Positions 1-10,906 of a stretch of DNA of 42,140 nt are shown piece after piece (position 1 is the stretch's first letter; each line of letters begins with the position of its first letter). A program made the position numbers and the translations under genes. The notes beneath the pieces were generated by a model. The model saw nothing but the letters and a program-made list of their open reading frames with translations. It was not told where the DNA came from and did no database searches. The DNA is from an uncultured Caulobacteraceae bacterium (lineage in GTDB: Bacteria > Pseudomonadota > Alphaproteobacteria > Caulobacterales > Caulobacteraceae): assembly GCA_937910255.1 (NCBI GenBank), contig CALEOQ010000293.1:1-42140 (forward strand). The letters are read 5' to 3'.

Positions 1-156
1 GTGAAGAGAGCAGCACGCTGATGAGATGGTGACGGGTGTACGAGATGATGCTCTTCCGATCTTACTTGCTCTTTGTTTTGGTTTGTTTTTTTTTTTTTAA
101 TGATACGGCGACCACCGAGATCTACACTCTTTCCCTACCCGACGCTCTTCTGATCT
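1..156. other. Sequencing artefact: degenerate TruSeq read-2/P7-like sequence, poly-T tract, then Illumina P5/TruSeq universal adapter
   Basis: 99-156 reads AATGATACGGCGACCACCGAGATCTACACTCTTTCCCTACCCGACGCTCTTCTGATCT, the universal adapter with 2 mismatches. GCTCTTCCGATCT also occurs at 50-62. Confidence 0.98.
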
Positions 157-284
157 CTTGCGCCGAAATAACGCAGTCTGGCCATCAGCCCTCTAAAACC
201 TGTCGCCCTGCGAAAAGGGCGCCGCGGGATTTGCACAGGTTTGGGCCTCACACGCCCTTTGGGGGCAAGGTGCGCATGGGGTCA

Positions 285-312
285 CTTGCGCCAATCCGAT
301 ACAGTCCCATCT
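285..312 (+). promoter_or_regulatory. Putative sigma32 (RpoH) promoter of clpX
   Basis: CTTG(285-288)-N17-CCCATCT(306-312) matches the alphaproteobacterial RpoH consensus and lies upstream of a protease gene. Confidence 0.55.
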
Positions 313-514
313 AGAGATTCGAAATTGTGCGCCATCGGGCGCCTGGCCTTTAGAAGCCGCTGGTCGTGCGCCAAGGCTTGTGATCCGGCGCCGGATCGGG
401 GAATGTCAAGGATTAGACAACCCCCGGCGCGTATCCTGCAAGGATGGCGGGAGATCGCCGCCCGCGCCCAGGGCGATGATTTCGACCGGCGTCGTCGAGA
501 GAGTGAGACTGAAC

Positions 515-1777
515 ATGACCAAGGCCGCGAGCGGGGACTCCAAGAGCACGCTGTATTGCTCCTTCTGCGGAAAGAGCCAGCATGAAGTCCGCAAGCTCAT
601 CGCGGGCCCGACGGTGTTCATCTGCGACGAATGCGTCGAGCTCTGCATGGATATCATTCGCGAGGAGCACAAGATCTCCTTCGTGAAGTCGAAGGACGGC
701 GTCCCGACGCCTCGCGAGATCCGCGAAGTTCTTGACGATTACGTGATCGGCCAGGACCACGCCAAGAAGGTCCTCTCGGTGGCGGTCCACAATCACTACA
801 AGCGCCTGAACCACGCCACGAAGAACAACGACGTGGAGCTGGGCAAGGCCAACATCATGCTGATCGGGCCGACCGGCACGGGTAAGACCCTGCTGGCCCA
901 GACGCTGGCCCGAATCATCGACGTGCCCTTCACCGTGGCCGACGCCACGACGCTGACCGAAGCCGGCTATGTCGGTGAGGACGTCGAGAACATCATCCTC
1001 AAGCTGCTGCAGTCGGCCGACTACAATGTCGAGCGGGCCCAGCGCGGCATCGTCTATATCGACGAGGTCGACAAGATCAGCCGCAAGTCGGACAACCCCT
1101 CCATCACCCGCGACGTGTCGGGCGAGGGCGTGCAGCAGGCGCTGCTGAAGATCATGGAAGGCACGGTGGCTTCGGTCCCGCCCCAGGGCGGCCGCAAGCA
1201 TCCCCAGCAGGAATTCCTGCAGGTGGACACCACCAACATCCTGTTCATCTGCGGCGGCGCCTTCGCCGGCCTCGACAAGATCATCTCGGCCCGCGGGCAG
1301 GGGACCTCGATCGGCTTCGGCGCCAAGGTCTCCGACCCCGACGACCGCCGCACCGGCGAGATCTTCCGCCGGGTGGAGCCCGATGACCTGCTGCGCTTTG
1401 GCCTGATCCCGGAATTCATCGGCCGCCTGCCGGTGATCGCCACCCTGGACGATCTGGACGAAGAGGCCCTGGTCAAGATCCTGACCGAGCCCAAGAACGC
1501 CTTCGTCAAGCAGTACCAGCGCCTGTTCGACATGGAGAATGTCGGCCTGACCTTCACCGACGACGCCCTGAACGCCGTGGCCCGCAAGGCCATTGCGCGC
1601 AAGACCGGCGCCCGGGGTCTGCGCTCCATCCTGGAAGGCATCCTGCTCGACACCATGTACGAGCTGCCGACCTATGACGGGGTCGAAGAGGTGGTGGTCA
1701 ACGCCGAGGTCGTCGAAGGCCGGGCTCAGCCGCTGATCATCTATGCCGAACGTCGGGACAAGGGTGGCGCGGCCTGA
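515..1777 (+). CDS. clpX: ATP-dependent Clp protease ATP-binding subunit ClpX (420 aa)
   Basis: Zn-finger CSFCGK...ICDEC, Walker [17 protein letters not shown] pore loop, Walker [12 protein letters not shown] loop, IGF motif. Start moved to ATG 515. Confidence 0.98.
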   Translation: MTKAASGDSKSTLYCSFCGKSQHEVRKLIAGPTVFICDECVELCMDIIREEHKISFVKSKDGVPTPREIREVLDDYVIGQDHAKKVLSVAVHNHYKRLNHATKNNDVELGKANIMLIGPTGTGKTLLAQTLARIIDVPFTVADATTLTEAGYVGEDVENIILKLLQSADYNVERAQRGIVYIDEVDKISRKSDNPSITRDVSGEGVQQALLKIMEGTVASVPPQGGRKHPQQEFLQVDTTNILFICGGAFAGLDKIISARGQGTSIGFGAKVSDPDDRRTGEIFRRVEPDDLLRFGLIPEFIGRLPVIATLDDLDEEALVKILTEPKNAFVKQYQRLFDMENVGLTFTDDALNAVARKAIARKTGARGLRSILEGILLDTMYELPTYDGVEEVVVNAEVVEGRAQPLIIYAERRDKGGAA

Positions 1778-1847
1778 GGTCGCGCCACGCCCCACGGCTT
1801 TGTGTTGCGGCGCCGAAGCCATGATGTCGCGCAACACCCCTGTGGCG

Positions 1848-1876
1848 CTTGAACCACGGCGCGAAGCGTCCACATA
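1848..1876 (+). promoter_or_regulatory. Putative sigma32 promoter of lon
   Basis: CTTGAA(1848-1853)...CCACATA(1870-1876) in the clpX-lon spacer. lon is a classical heat-shock gene. Confidence 0.5.
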
Positions 1877-2002
1877 AATAAGCTGAAGAGACCGCCGTCT
1901 TGGCGGACGGGCCGTCCGACTCAGGCGCATCGTCTGGGTAACCGCGGTCCGATGGTCGAGCCTTGCTTGTATCAGAGGGGGCCGGCCAGGAGTGAAAGCA
2001 TC

Positions 2003-4399
<2,397 letters not shown>

Positions 4400-4425
4400 G
4401 CGTCGGCTCTATTTCTGAGACGGCC

Positions 4426-4461
4426 AGCGGCGCGGGGGACCTCCCCCGCGCCGCTTCGTTT
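4426..4461 (+). terminator. Probable intrinsic terminator after lon
   Basis: Perfect inverted repeat AGCGGCGCGGGGGA/TCCCCCGCGCCGCT followed by TCGTTT. Confidence 0.7.
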
Positions 4462-4487
4462 GACGCGCCCGGCGAAGCTCGCATAAT
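4460..4487 (+). promoter_or_regulatory. Putative sigma70 promoter of hupB
   Basis: TTGACG-N16-CATAAT about 75 nt upstream of the HU start. Confidence 0.55.
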
Positions 4488-4563
4488 CCCTTGGCGCGAA
4501 GGCCTTTGCCGCTGCCAAGCCTTCGCGAAAAAAACAGAAAAAGGGCAGGGAGAGGAAACGACA

Positions 4564-4839
4564 ATGACCAAGGCTGAACTGGTCGCTGCCATGGCCGACA
4601 AGGCCGGCATCACCAAGGCGCAAGCCAAGGAGGCTCTGGAGGCCTTCATCGATTCCGTCACGGGGTCCTTGAAGGGGGGCGATGAGGTCCGGCTGGTGGG
4701 CTTCGGCAGTTTTGTCCCGGTGAGCCGGGCCGCGGGCGTGGCGCGCAATCCCAGAACGGGGGAGAGCGTCAATCGTCCGGCGTCCCAGACCGCGCGCTTC
4801 CGCGTCGGCGAAGGGCTGAAGAACGCCCTGAACGCGTAG
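4564..4839 (+). CDS. hupB: DNA-binding protein HU (91 aa)
   Basis: MTKAELV...GFGSF...RNPRTGE HU signature; clpX-lon-hup synteny; GAGGA RBS. Confidence 0.95.
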   Translation: MTKAELVAAMADKAGITKAQAKEALEAFIDSVTGSLKGGDEVRLVGFGSFVPVSRAAGVARNPRTGESVNRPASQTARFRVGEGLKNALNA

Positions 4840-4868
4840 GGCTTGGTCCCCTGGGGCTGAGAATTCCG

Positions 4869-4902
4869 AAGGGGCGGGCGCCATGCGCGGCCGCCCCTTT
4901 TT
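4869..4902 (+). terminator. Intrinsic terminator after hupB
   Basis: AAGGGGCGG/CCGCCCCTT stem followed by a T-run. Confidence 0.75.
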
Positions 4903-4965
4903 CATGCGCGCGCCGCGGCAATTCTGCTCCGAATCTCGCGCCTGAGCGTCTAAGAACGCGGGCGA

Positions 4966-5042
4966 GGGCGGCTAGCTCAGTTGGTCAGAGCACCTGGTTT
5001 ACACCCAGGGGGTCGGGGGTTCGAGCCCCTCGCCGCCCACCA
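4966..5042 (+). tRNA. tRNA-Val (anticodon TAC)
   Basis: Acceptor GGGCGGC/GCCGCCC, D-arm AGCTCAGTTGGTCAGAGC, anticodon stem CCTGG/CCAGG with loop TTTACAC, GGTTCGAGCCC T-loop, encoded CCA. Confidence 0.97.
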
Positions 5043-5077
5043 CATTTCCGGCCAACCCCCCGTCGGGCGAAGGACGC

Positions 5078-5992
5078 ATGAGACATCGTCCCCTGGGCCG
5101 CACCGGGCTCACCGTCTCGGAGATCGGCCTCGGTTGCGCCAGCTATTGGGGCCTGCCCCGTTTCGACGAGGGTGAGGCCGTACGGCTGGTCCATCGGGCG
5201 CTGGATCTCGGGATCACCCTGTTCGACACCGCGCCGGGCTATTCCCGCGGCGAGGCCGAGCCCCGGCTGAGGCGGGCCCTCAAAGGGCGCGACGTCTCGC
5301 GCCTGGTCGTCGCCACCAAGGCCGGCACCTTTCATGCGGGCGGCGGACGCACAGGCCGCGACTTCTCGCCCGCCGCCATCGTCGCCAGCGTGGAGGCCAG
5401 CCTGAAACGCCTGGGGCTGGAGCGCCTGGCGCTGGTCCAGCTGCACGGCCCGGCGGCGGCGGAGCTGAGCGACGATCTGTTCGCCGCCCTGGAGCGGCTG
5501 CGCGACCGCGGCCTGGTGGCCGCCTTCGGGGCCAACAGCTTCGATCCCGAGGTGATCGCGGCCATCATCGCTGCGCCCAGCCTCGATGTGGTGATGCTGG
5601 ACTACAATGTCCTGCGGCCGGAGCGGGGCGCCCTGATCGACGCCGCCGTCGCCCGCGGCAAGGGGGTCCTGGCGGGCATGCCGCTGGCCATGGGCCATGT
5701 GGACGGCCAGATCCGCAAGGTCCGCGGGCTGCGCGATCTCTGGTACGCCGCCCGGGCGCTGAAAAACCATCGCGAGGAGCTGGCCCTGGCCGAGCGGTTC
5801 GCCTTCCTGCGCCGTCTGGACGGCATGAGCGCGGCCCAGGCGGCCCTGGCCTATGTGCTGGAGCATCCTGGCGTGTCGGCCGCGGTCACGGGCACCACGC
5901 GTATGGCCCACCTGGAGGCCAACGCCGCGGCCTCGGGCCTGACCCTGCCGTCCGATGTCCGGGTGCGCATCGGTGAGGCCCAGGCCAGCTGA
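5078..5992 (+). CDS. Aldo/keto reductase (304 aa)
   Basis: LGRTGLTVSEIGLG start, FDTAPGY (Asp/Tyr), VATK (Lys), SLKRL, QLH (His): the AKR catalytic tetrad. Confidence 0.9.
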   Translation: MRHRPLGRTGLTVSEIGLGCASYWGLPRFDEGEAVRLVHRALDLGITLFDTAPGYSRGEAEPRLRRALKGRDVSRLVVATKAGTFHAGGGRTGRDFSPAAIVASVEASLKRLGLERLALVQLHGPAAAELSDDLFAALERLRDRGLVAAFGANSFDPEVIAAIIAAPSLDVVMLDYNVLRPERGALIDAAVARGKGVLAGMPLAMGHVDGQIRKVRGLRDLWYAARALKNHREELALAERFAFLRRLDGMSAAQAALAYVLEHPGVSAAVTGTTRMAHLEANAAASGLTLPSDVRVRIGEAQAS

Positions 5993-6090
5993 GCTTTCCG
6001 CTTCCCTCAGCAGGTGAGGCGGATATTGTCACGGTGAATGCCGATTTACGGCGATGGAGCCCATCCGTGATCTTCGAGCAGGCTGACCTC

Positions 6091-7161
6091 ATGCCCCGTC
6101 CGGGGCGCTACCGGATTCTCGCAGGCCCCGGCTCGCCCTATTCGCACAAGGTCCGCGCCGCCCTGCGCTATCGCCGCATCCCCCATGACTGGACCGTTCC
6201 CCTGGGCGGGTTCGACGGCACGGGGCAGAGCGAGGGGCTCAAGGCCTTCGACAAGCGGTTGCTGCCAGTCGTGGTCTATCCCGATGGAACCCCGTGGAAC
6301 GACTCCACGCCGATCCTGCACGAGATGGAGAGCCTTCACCCCGAGGGACCCAGTCTCATGCCGCCGACGCCTGGCCAACGGTTCCTGGCCCGGCTGGTGG
6401 AGGATTTCGCCGACGAGTGGCTGGCGGTGATCCTGATGGCCTTCCGCTGGACGTCGGAGGCGGACGTCGCCTTCTGCGCCCGCCGGCAGATGGCCGGCTG
6501 GCTGGGGGATGTGGACGAGCCGGCGCTGAGCCTCGGCATCGAGAAGTTCACCGCCCGCCAGCAGATGGTGCGCAACTTCATCGGCGGCGGGGATCGGGCC
6601 ACCCATGCGGCCCTTGAGGCGGAGTATCTGGCCCTGCTGGACATTCTGGAGCGCGGCCTGTCGCGGCGGCTCTTTCTGTTTGGCCAGCGACCGTCCATCG
6701 CCGACTTCGGCCTCTATGGCATGCTGAGCCAGCTGGCCATCGATCCGACCCCGTCCCAACTGATGCGCGGCCAGGCGGTGCGGACCTATCAGTGGACCCA
6801 GTGGGTGGATGACCTGTCGGGGCACCAGGGCGAATGGGCGGCTGACCCGGCGCCTGATGAGACCCTTGTCGAACTGGTCCGCCTGGCCGGCGGCGGCTTC
6901 CGCGCCATGATGCTGGCCTCGGCCGAGGCGGCCGGCCGCGGCGAACTGCGGTGCGCCTTCCAGGCGGGCGGCGTGACCCTGGCCAGCGTCGCGCGGCCCT
7001 ATACGGTGGATTGCTGGCTCTGGCTGAAGGCGATGTTCGCCGAGCTTTCCGACGCCGATCGCGAGGCCCTGCGCCCGGTCCTGGAGTCCGCCGGATTCTG
7101 GGAGGTGCTGGCCTTCGCGCCGGGTGAGCGCGATCGGCTCAAGCCCTTCGCCAAGCTCTGA
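6091..7161 (+). CDS. Glutathione S-transferase-family protein with long C-terminal extension (356 aa)
   Basis: GSPYSHKVRAALRY N-domain motif, LPVV...DSTPI, FLFGQRPSIADFGLYG N-capping motif. Start at ATG 6091 inferred. Confidence 0.8.
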   Translation: MPRPGRYRILAGPGSPYSHKVRAALRYRRIPHDWTVPLGGFDGTGQSEGLKAFDKRLLPVVVYPDGTPWNDSTPILHEMESLHPEGPSLMPPTPGQRFLARLVEDFADEWLAVILMAFRWTSEADVAFCARRQMAGWLGDVDEPALSLGIEKFTARQQMVRNFIGGGDRATHAALEAEYLALLDILERGLSRRLFLFGQRPSIADFGLYGMLSQLAIDPTPSQLMRGQAVRTYQWTQWVDDLSGHQGEWAADPAPDETLVELVRLAGGGFRAMMLASAEAAGRGELRCAFQAGGVTLASVARPYTVDCWLWLKAMFAELSDADREALRPVLESAGFWEVLAFAPGERDRLKPFAKL

Positions 7162-7214
7162 GGCCACTTGGAGGATGACGCGGGCCAAAGCTGCGGGCCG
7201 CCCAGATCACCGGC

Positions 7215-7691
7215 TTACAGGGATCGGTTTTCATCCAGCCAGACGCGGAGTTTCGTCAGCAGCGGCAGCAGGCGCTCGACCTCATCCCGCGACAGCGCCT
7301 CCCGGGCTCGCGTCAGGATCGGCGCGGCCGCCGCGATGCAGGCGGCGGCGGCGGCGTGTCCCGAGGCGGTCAACAAAACCCGCTTGGAGCGCCCGTCCTT
7401 GGCGTCGGGAACGATCTCGATAAAGCCCTTCGCCTCAAGCCTTTGCAGGGTGCTGGTCAAGGTGCCCCGGGTCACCTGGAAGGCCGAGGCCAGCTGTGCG
7501 GGCGTCTTGTTGTCGCCCAACCGCACACAGTGGTTGAGCACAGTGAACTGGGCCTGGGTCAGGCCATGGGGCAGGACACGCTCAAAGGCCGTGCCGCTCA
7601 GCTGTTGGATGATGCCGATCTCATTGAACAGCGTGAACAGCCGCGCCTCGTCTGAGGGCTCGGGACTGGCGTCGGGTCTCGGTTCAGACAA
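7215..7691 (-). CDS. MarR-family transcriptional regulator (~158 aa)
   Basis: LTQAQFTVL...TPAQLA...VTRGTLTSTLQRLEAKGFI...DGRSKRVLLT winged HTH. Probable TTG start at 7691 overlaps the upstream stop. Confidence 0.88.
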   Translation of the reverse strand: MSEPRPDASPEPSDEARLFTLFNEIGIIQQLSGTAFERVLPHGLTQAQFTVLNHCVRLGDNKTPAQLASAFQVTRGTLTSTLQRLEAKGFIEIVPDAKDGRSKRVLLTASGHAAAAACIAAAAPILTRAREALSRDEVERLLPLLTKLRVWLDENRSL

Positions 7692-8820
7692 GGTGGGCGG
7701 CCAGTCCTCTGCGCGGTGCGGCGATGACGGGCGCAGCGTAGCCGATACGAAAGAGCATTTGCAGTCTCTCGCCCTTCCCGACGAGCGCGTGGACCTCCTC
7801 ATAAAGCGCCGACATTTCTTGATACTCCTGAAGAGCCTGGCTCCAGGGATGGACCTCCAGGCCAAGCTCGGTCGCCTTGAGGTTCAGCCGCACATAGGCC
7901 CGGCCGGCGTTGAGCTGTTCGGTCCGGGAGGCGTCGCCATTGGCCAACCAGCCGAAGGCGCGGGCGGACATGGCCATCGCCTGGTACATGTCGAGGCCCT
8001 GCTGAAAGGCCGTGGAGTTCGGGTCGCCCAGCGTGTCGCGGTTGACCACCCCTGCAAGGCGGCCCGCCCCGATCACCGGACCCTCCAGCGCGATGCCGTC
8101 CGGATCGGCGCTCACCTGCGCGGCGCCGATCCGCATCAGGTCCACCGATTCCTGCAAGGCCGCCGGCGTGAGCATCTCTGTGGTGTGGCCACGCCAGGTG
8201 AGGTCCCGAAGTCGCGCGGCCAAGGGCGTGTTTCCGACGCACTCGGCTGTGGTCCCGAAGGCGGCGCCCGCCTTGGCGAGTTCGGCGAGCAGGGGCGTGG
8301 GCACGTCGCGCGGCTGGTAGACGCCCCTGTTGGATCTGCGGCCGAGGATCTGCGCGAACAGGGGGTCCGGCTGCGCCTTGTCGGCCACGAACTCCACCCG
8401 GGCCACCGGGCGGCGATCCAAGGTGCTCATGTCCTCCCCCTCGGGGAAGGGGCTGATGATGGCGGCGAAGCCGTCCTGAGCCGCGGCGATCACCAGCAGT
8501 TCAAGGAAGGCGCCGCAGCCGATTGTGATCTGCCGGTCCAGGGGATCGGTCGCCGGCAGGCGTCGCTCCAGGTCGCAGAACAGGGTCAGGGCCCGGTCGC
8601 CCTCCAGCCGCACCCGCCAGGGCTGGCTGTTATGCGGGTTCGGAGCCAGCAGGGCGTAGGACAGCGCCCGGCGACGGAACTCTTCATATTGCCCGGCGTC
8701 CCGCCAGGGCGCCCGGGCGGCTCTGGAGGGTTGGTTCATGGCGAGAAAGCCGCCCGCAGCGGTCGCTGCGACCACCACGCCGCCGCCCATCAGTTTCAGC
8801 ACGTTCCGACGCGACGCCAT
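7684..8820 (-). CDS. Acg/nitroreductase-like FMN-binding protein with twin-arginine signal (378 aa)
   Basis: MASRRNVLK plus hydrophobic stretch; APNPHNSQPW, GCGAFLE, RRSNR, AGRAYVRLNLKATELGL and FRIGY are typical of Acg-type duplicated nitroreductase folds. Confidence 0.8.
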   Translation of the reverse strand: MASRRNVLKLMGGGVVVAATAAGGFLAMNQPSRAARAPWRDAGQYEEFRRRALSYALLAPNPHNSQPWRVRLEGDRALTLFCDLERRLPATDPLDRQITIGCGAFLELLVIAAAQDGFAAIISPFPEGEDMSTLDRRPVARVEFVADKAQPDPLFAQILGRRSNRGVYQPRDVPTPLLAELAKAGAAFGTTAECVGNTPLAARLRDLTWRGHTTEMLTPAALQESVDLMRIGAAQVSADPDGIALEGPVIGAGRLAGVVNRDTLGDPNSTAFQQGLDMYQAMAMSARAFGWLANGDASRTEQLNAGRAYVRLNLKATELGLEVHPWSQALQEYQEMSALYEEVHALVGKGERLQMLFRIGYAAPVIAAPRRGLAAHLV

Positions 8821-8832
8821 TTTCCACCCCAT

Positions 8833-8873
8833 ATAGTATGACACCAAACTATTGAAGCTTGATATCAAACTAT
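8833..8873. promoter_or_regulatory. Two tandem imperfect palindromes, probable MarR operator
   Basis: ATAGTATGACACCAAACTAT (8833-8852) and GAAGCTTGATATCAAACTAT (8854-8873), 21 bp apart, AT-rich, immediately upstream of the Acg-marR operon. Confidence 0.65.
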
Positions 8874-8973
8874 ATCCGAGGCGGCAAGCCGAACCGGGAT
8901 GAAGCGGGGCTTCGTTTCAGAGTTCATGGATTTGAAGGGGAGGGGCCGCGCCAGATCTTCCCAAGGAAGACCA

Positions 8974-9050
<77 letters not shown>

Positions 9051-9080
9051 TTAAGGGCCTCACGTCGCCGCGAGGCGCGT

Positions 9081-9109
9081 CTGATAGGTCCCGACCTGAA
9101 TCGTGTCAA
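9081..9109 (-). promoter_or_regulatory. sigma70 promoter of tRNA-Asp
   Basis: Minus strand TTGACA-N17-TATCAG, 30 nt upstream of the mature tRNA 5' end. Confidence 0.65.
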
Positions 9110-9116
9110 CTGCCGA

Positions 9117-10658
9117 TCATCGGCTAATCGCGCTGGGCGGGGAATAATGCACGCCAGCCTGTGGACCGAGGGGAAGCTCCAGGGCCGACCATAGGCCCAC
9201 GAGGATCAGGCCGGCGCTCATCATCGCCGCCGAATAGGGCAGCATGGCGCTGATCAGGCCGCCGACGCCGAAGCCCGGCCGCCAGCGCTGGCAGAACCCC
9301 AGGACCAGGGCGAAATAGGGCATCAGCGGCGAGGCCATGTTCACGCTGGAATCCCCCATGCGATAGGCGGCCGTCGTCATTTCCGGGCTGATCCCCAGCA
9401 GCATCAGCATCGGCACCAGCACTGGCGCGATGGCCGCCCATTTGGCCGAGGCCGAGCCGATCAGCATGTCGAGGGCGGCGGTCAGCACCACGATGGCCAT
9501 CAGCAGCACCGGAATGGGCAGGCCGGTGGCGCGGATCGTCTCGGCCCCGTGGATGGCGATGACCACCCCCAGGTTCGACCAGGTGAACATGGCGATGAAG
9601 TGGGCCGCGGCGAAGGCCAGGACGATATAGGGGGCCATGGAGGCCATGGACTCAGAGGCCAGGCGCACCACGTCCCGGTCGGTGCGGATCTGGCCGGTCA
9701 GCCGGCCATAGGTCAGGCCGCCGGCCAGGAAGAGAACGAAGAAGCACGCCACCAGGGAGCGGAAGAAGGGCGTCCAGCGGGCCGGCCCCGCGACGCTGCG
9801 GTCCACCAGCGGCGCGCCGGGCGCCAGGGCCATGGCGGCCCACAGGACGATGACGGCGAGCACCGCCACGCCGGACCAGATCAGCGCGCGGCGCTCCACC
9901 GGCGACAGCGGCGCATCCTGCGGCGGCAGGTTCTCCGGCGGGGTCCAGGGGCCGAGCCGCGGCTCCACCACATGGGCGGTCACCCACCAGGCCACGGGAA
10001 TGAACACCAGGGCGCCGGCGGCGGTGAAGTACCAGTTGCCGACCAGATTGGCTGTCCAGGTGGGGTCGATCAGCCGGGCGGCGGGCTCGGACAGGCCCAG
10101 GATCAGGGCGTCGAACTGGCCGGGCAGGGGGTTGCCGGCGAAGCTGCCGACCACGCCGGCGAAGGCGGCTGCGATGCCGGCGATCGGGTGGCGGCCGACG
10201 GCGGCGAAGGCCGCGCCGGCCAGGGGCAGCAGGATCACGAAGCCGGAATCGGCGGCGTGGTTGGCGATCAGGCCCAGGAAGATGACCACCGGTGTGACCA
10301 ACAGCCGCGGCGTGCGGCTCATCATGGCGCGGATGGCGGCCGACAGCAGGCCGACTCGCTCGGCGATTCCCGCGCCCAGCATGATCAGCAGCACATAGCC
10401 GAGCGGCGCAAAGCCGGTCAGCGTGCGCGGCATCTCCACCAGCAGGGTCTGGATGTTGGCCGGCGTCAGCAGGCTCTGCGCACGCAGCAGTTCCCCATCG
10501 ACCGGATTGATCGCGCTGACCCCGGCCCAGGCGCAGATCACGCTGGCCAGAACCAGGCCGCCGATGATCCAAGCGAAGATGAAGACCGGGTCGGGCAGGC
10601 GGTCGCCCAGGCGCTCGATGGCGTCGAGCGCCCTATGGATAAAGGGTTTTCTGGTCAA
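9117..10658 (-). CDS. AbgT-family transporter (~513 aa)
   Basis: IERLGDRLPDPVFIF, GRHPIAGIAAAFAGV, GSASAKWA and AAYRMGDSSVN motifs. TTG start with GGAGGG RBS. Confidence 0.92.
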   Translation of the reverse strand: MTRKPFIHRALDAIERLGDRLPDPVFIFAWIIGGLVLASVICAWAGVSAINPVDGELLRAQSLLTPANIQTLLVEMPRTLTGFAPLGYVLLIMLGAGIAERVGLLSAAIRAMMSRTPRLLVTPVVIFLGLIANHAADSGFVILLPLAGAAFAAVGRHPIAGIAAAFAGVVGSFAGNPLPGQFDALILGLSEPAARLIDPTWTANLVGNWYFTAAGALVFIPVAWWVTAHVVEPRLGPWTPPENLPPQDAPLSPVERRALIWSGVAVLAVIVLWAAMALAPGAPLVDRSVAGPARWTPFFRSLVACFFVLFLAGGLTYGRLTGQIRTDRDVVRLASESMASMAPYIVLAFAAAHFIAMFTWSNLGVVIAIHGAETIRATGLPIPVLLMAIVVLTAALDMLIGSASAKWAAIAPVLVPMLMLLGISPEMTTAAYRMGDSSVNMASPLMPYFALVLGFCQRWRPGFGVGGLISAMLPYSAAMMSAGLILVGLWSALELPLGPQAGVHYSPPSAISR

Positions 10659-10852
10659 CGTCCCCTCCGGCTTGACGGCTGAGCCTAGGGTGCCCGGCGC
10701 GCGGCGCAAACCGGTCTCGCAGCAATTGCGAAGCATTCGCAGAATATATCGACCTGTGCCCGCTTCGGCGGCGACCCCGACATCTCGCGATGTCTGGTCA
10801 GGGCAGGCGGGATGTCGCGCCCTGGCGTATCTCTGTTGCGGGAATCCGCTGT

Positions 10853-10881
10853 TTGAACCCTGCGCATTGCTGGTCTAGAAG
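10853..10881 (+). promoter_or_regulatory. Putative sigma70 promoter of the nuo operon
   Basis: TTGAAC-N17-TAGAAG, 25 nt before the nuoA ATG. Confidence 0.4.
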
Positions 10882-10906
10882 GGCGCGCGACTCCTTCGAG
10901 GACTCC

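Noticed and set aside
36-314. 92-aa ORF (…FFFFNDTATTEIYTLSL…)
   Set aside because: It is the translation of poly-T plus the Illumina P5 adapter.
7692-7701. GCCGCCCACC on the minus strand matching the tRNA-Val 3' end as a possible att site
   Set aside because: Only 10 nt, GC-rich, inverted relative to the tRNA, inside a CDS, and no integrase is present.
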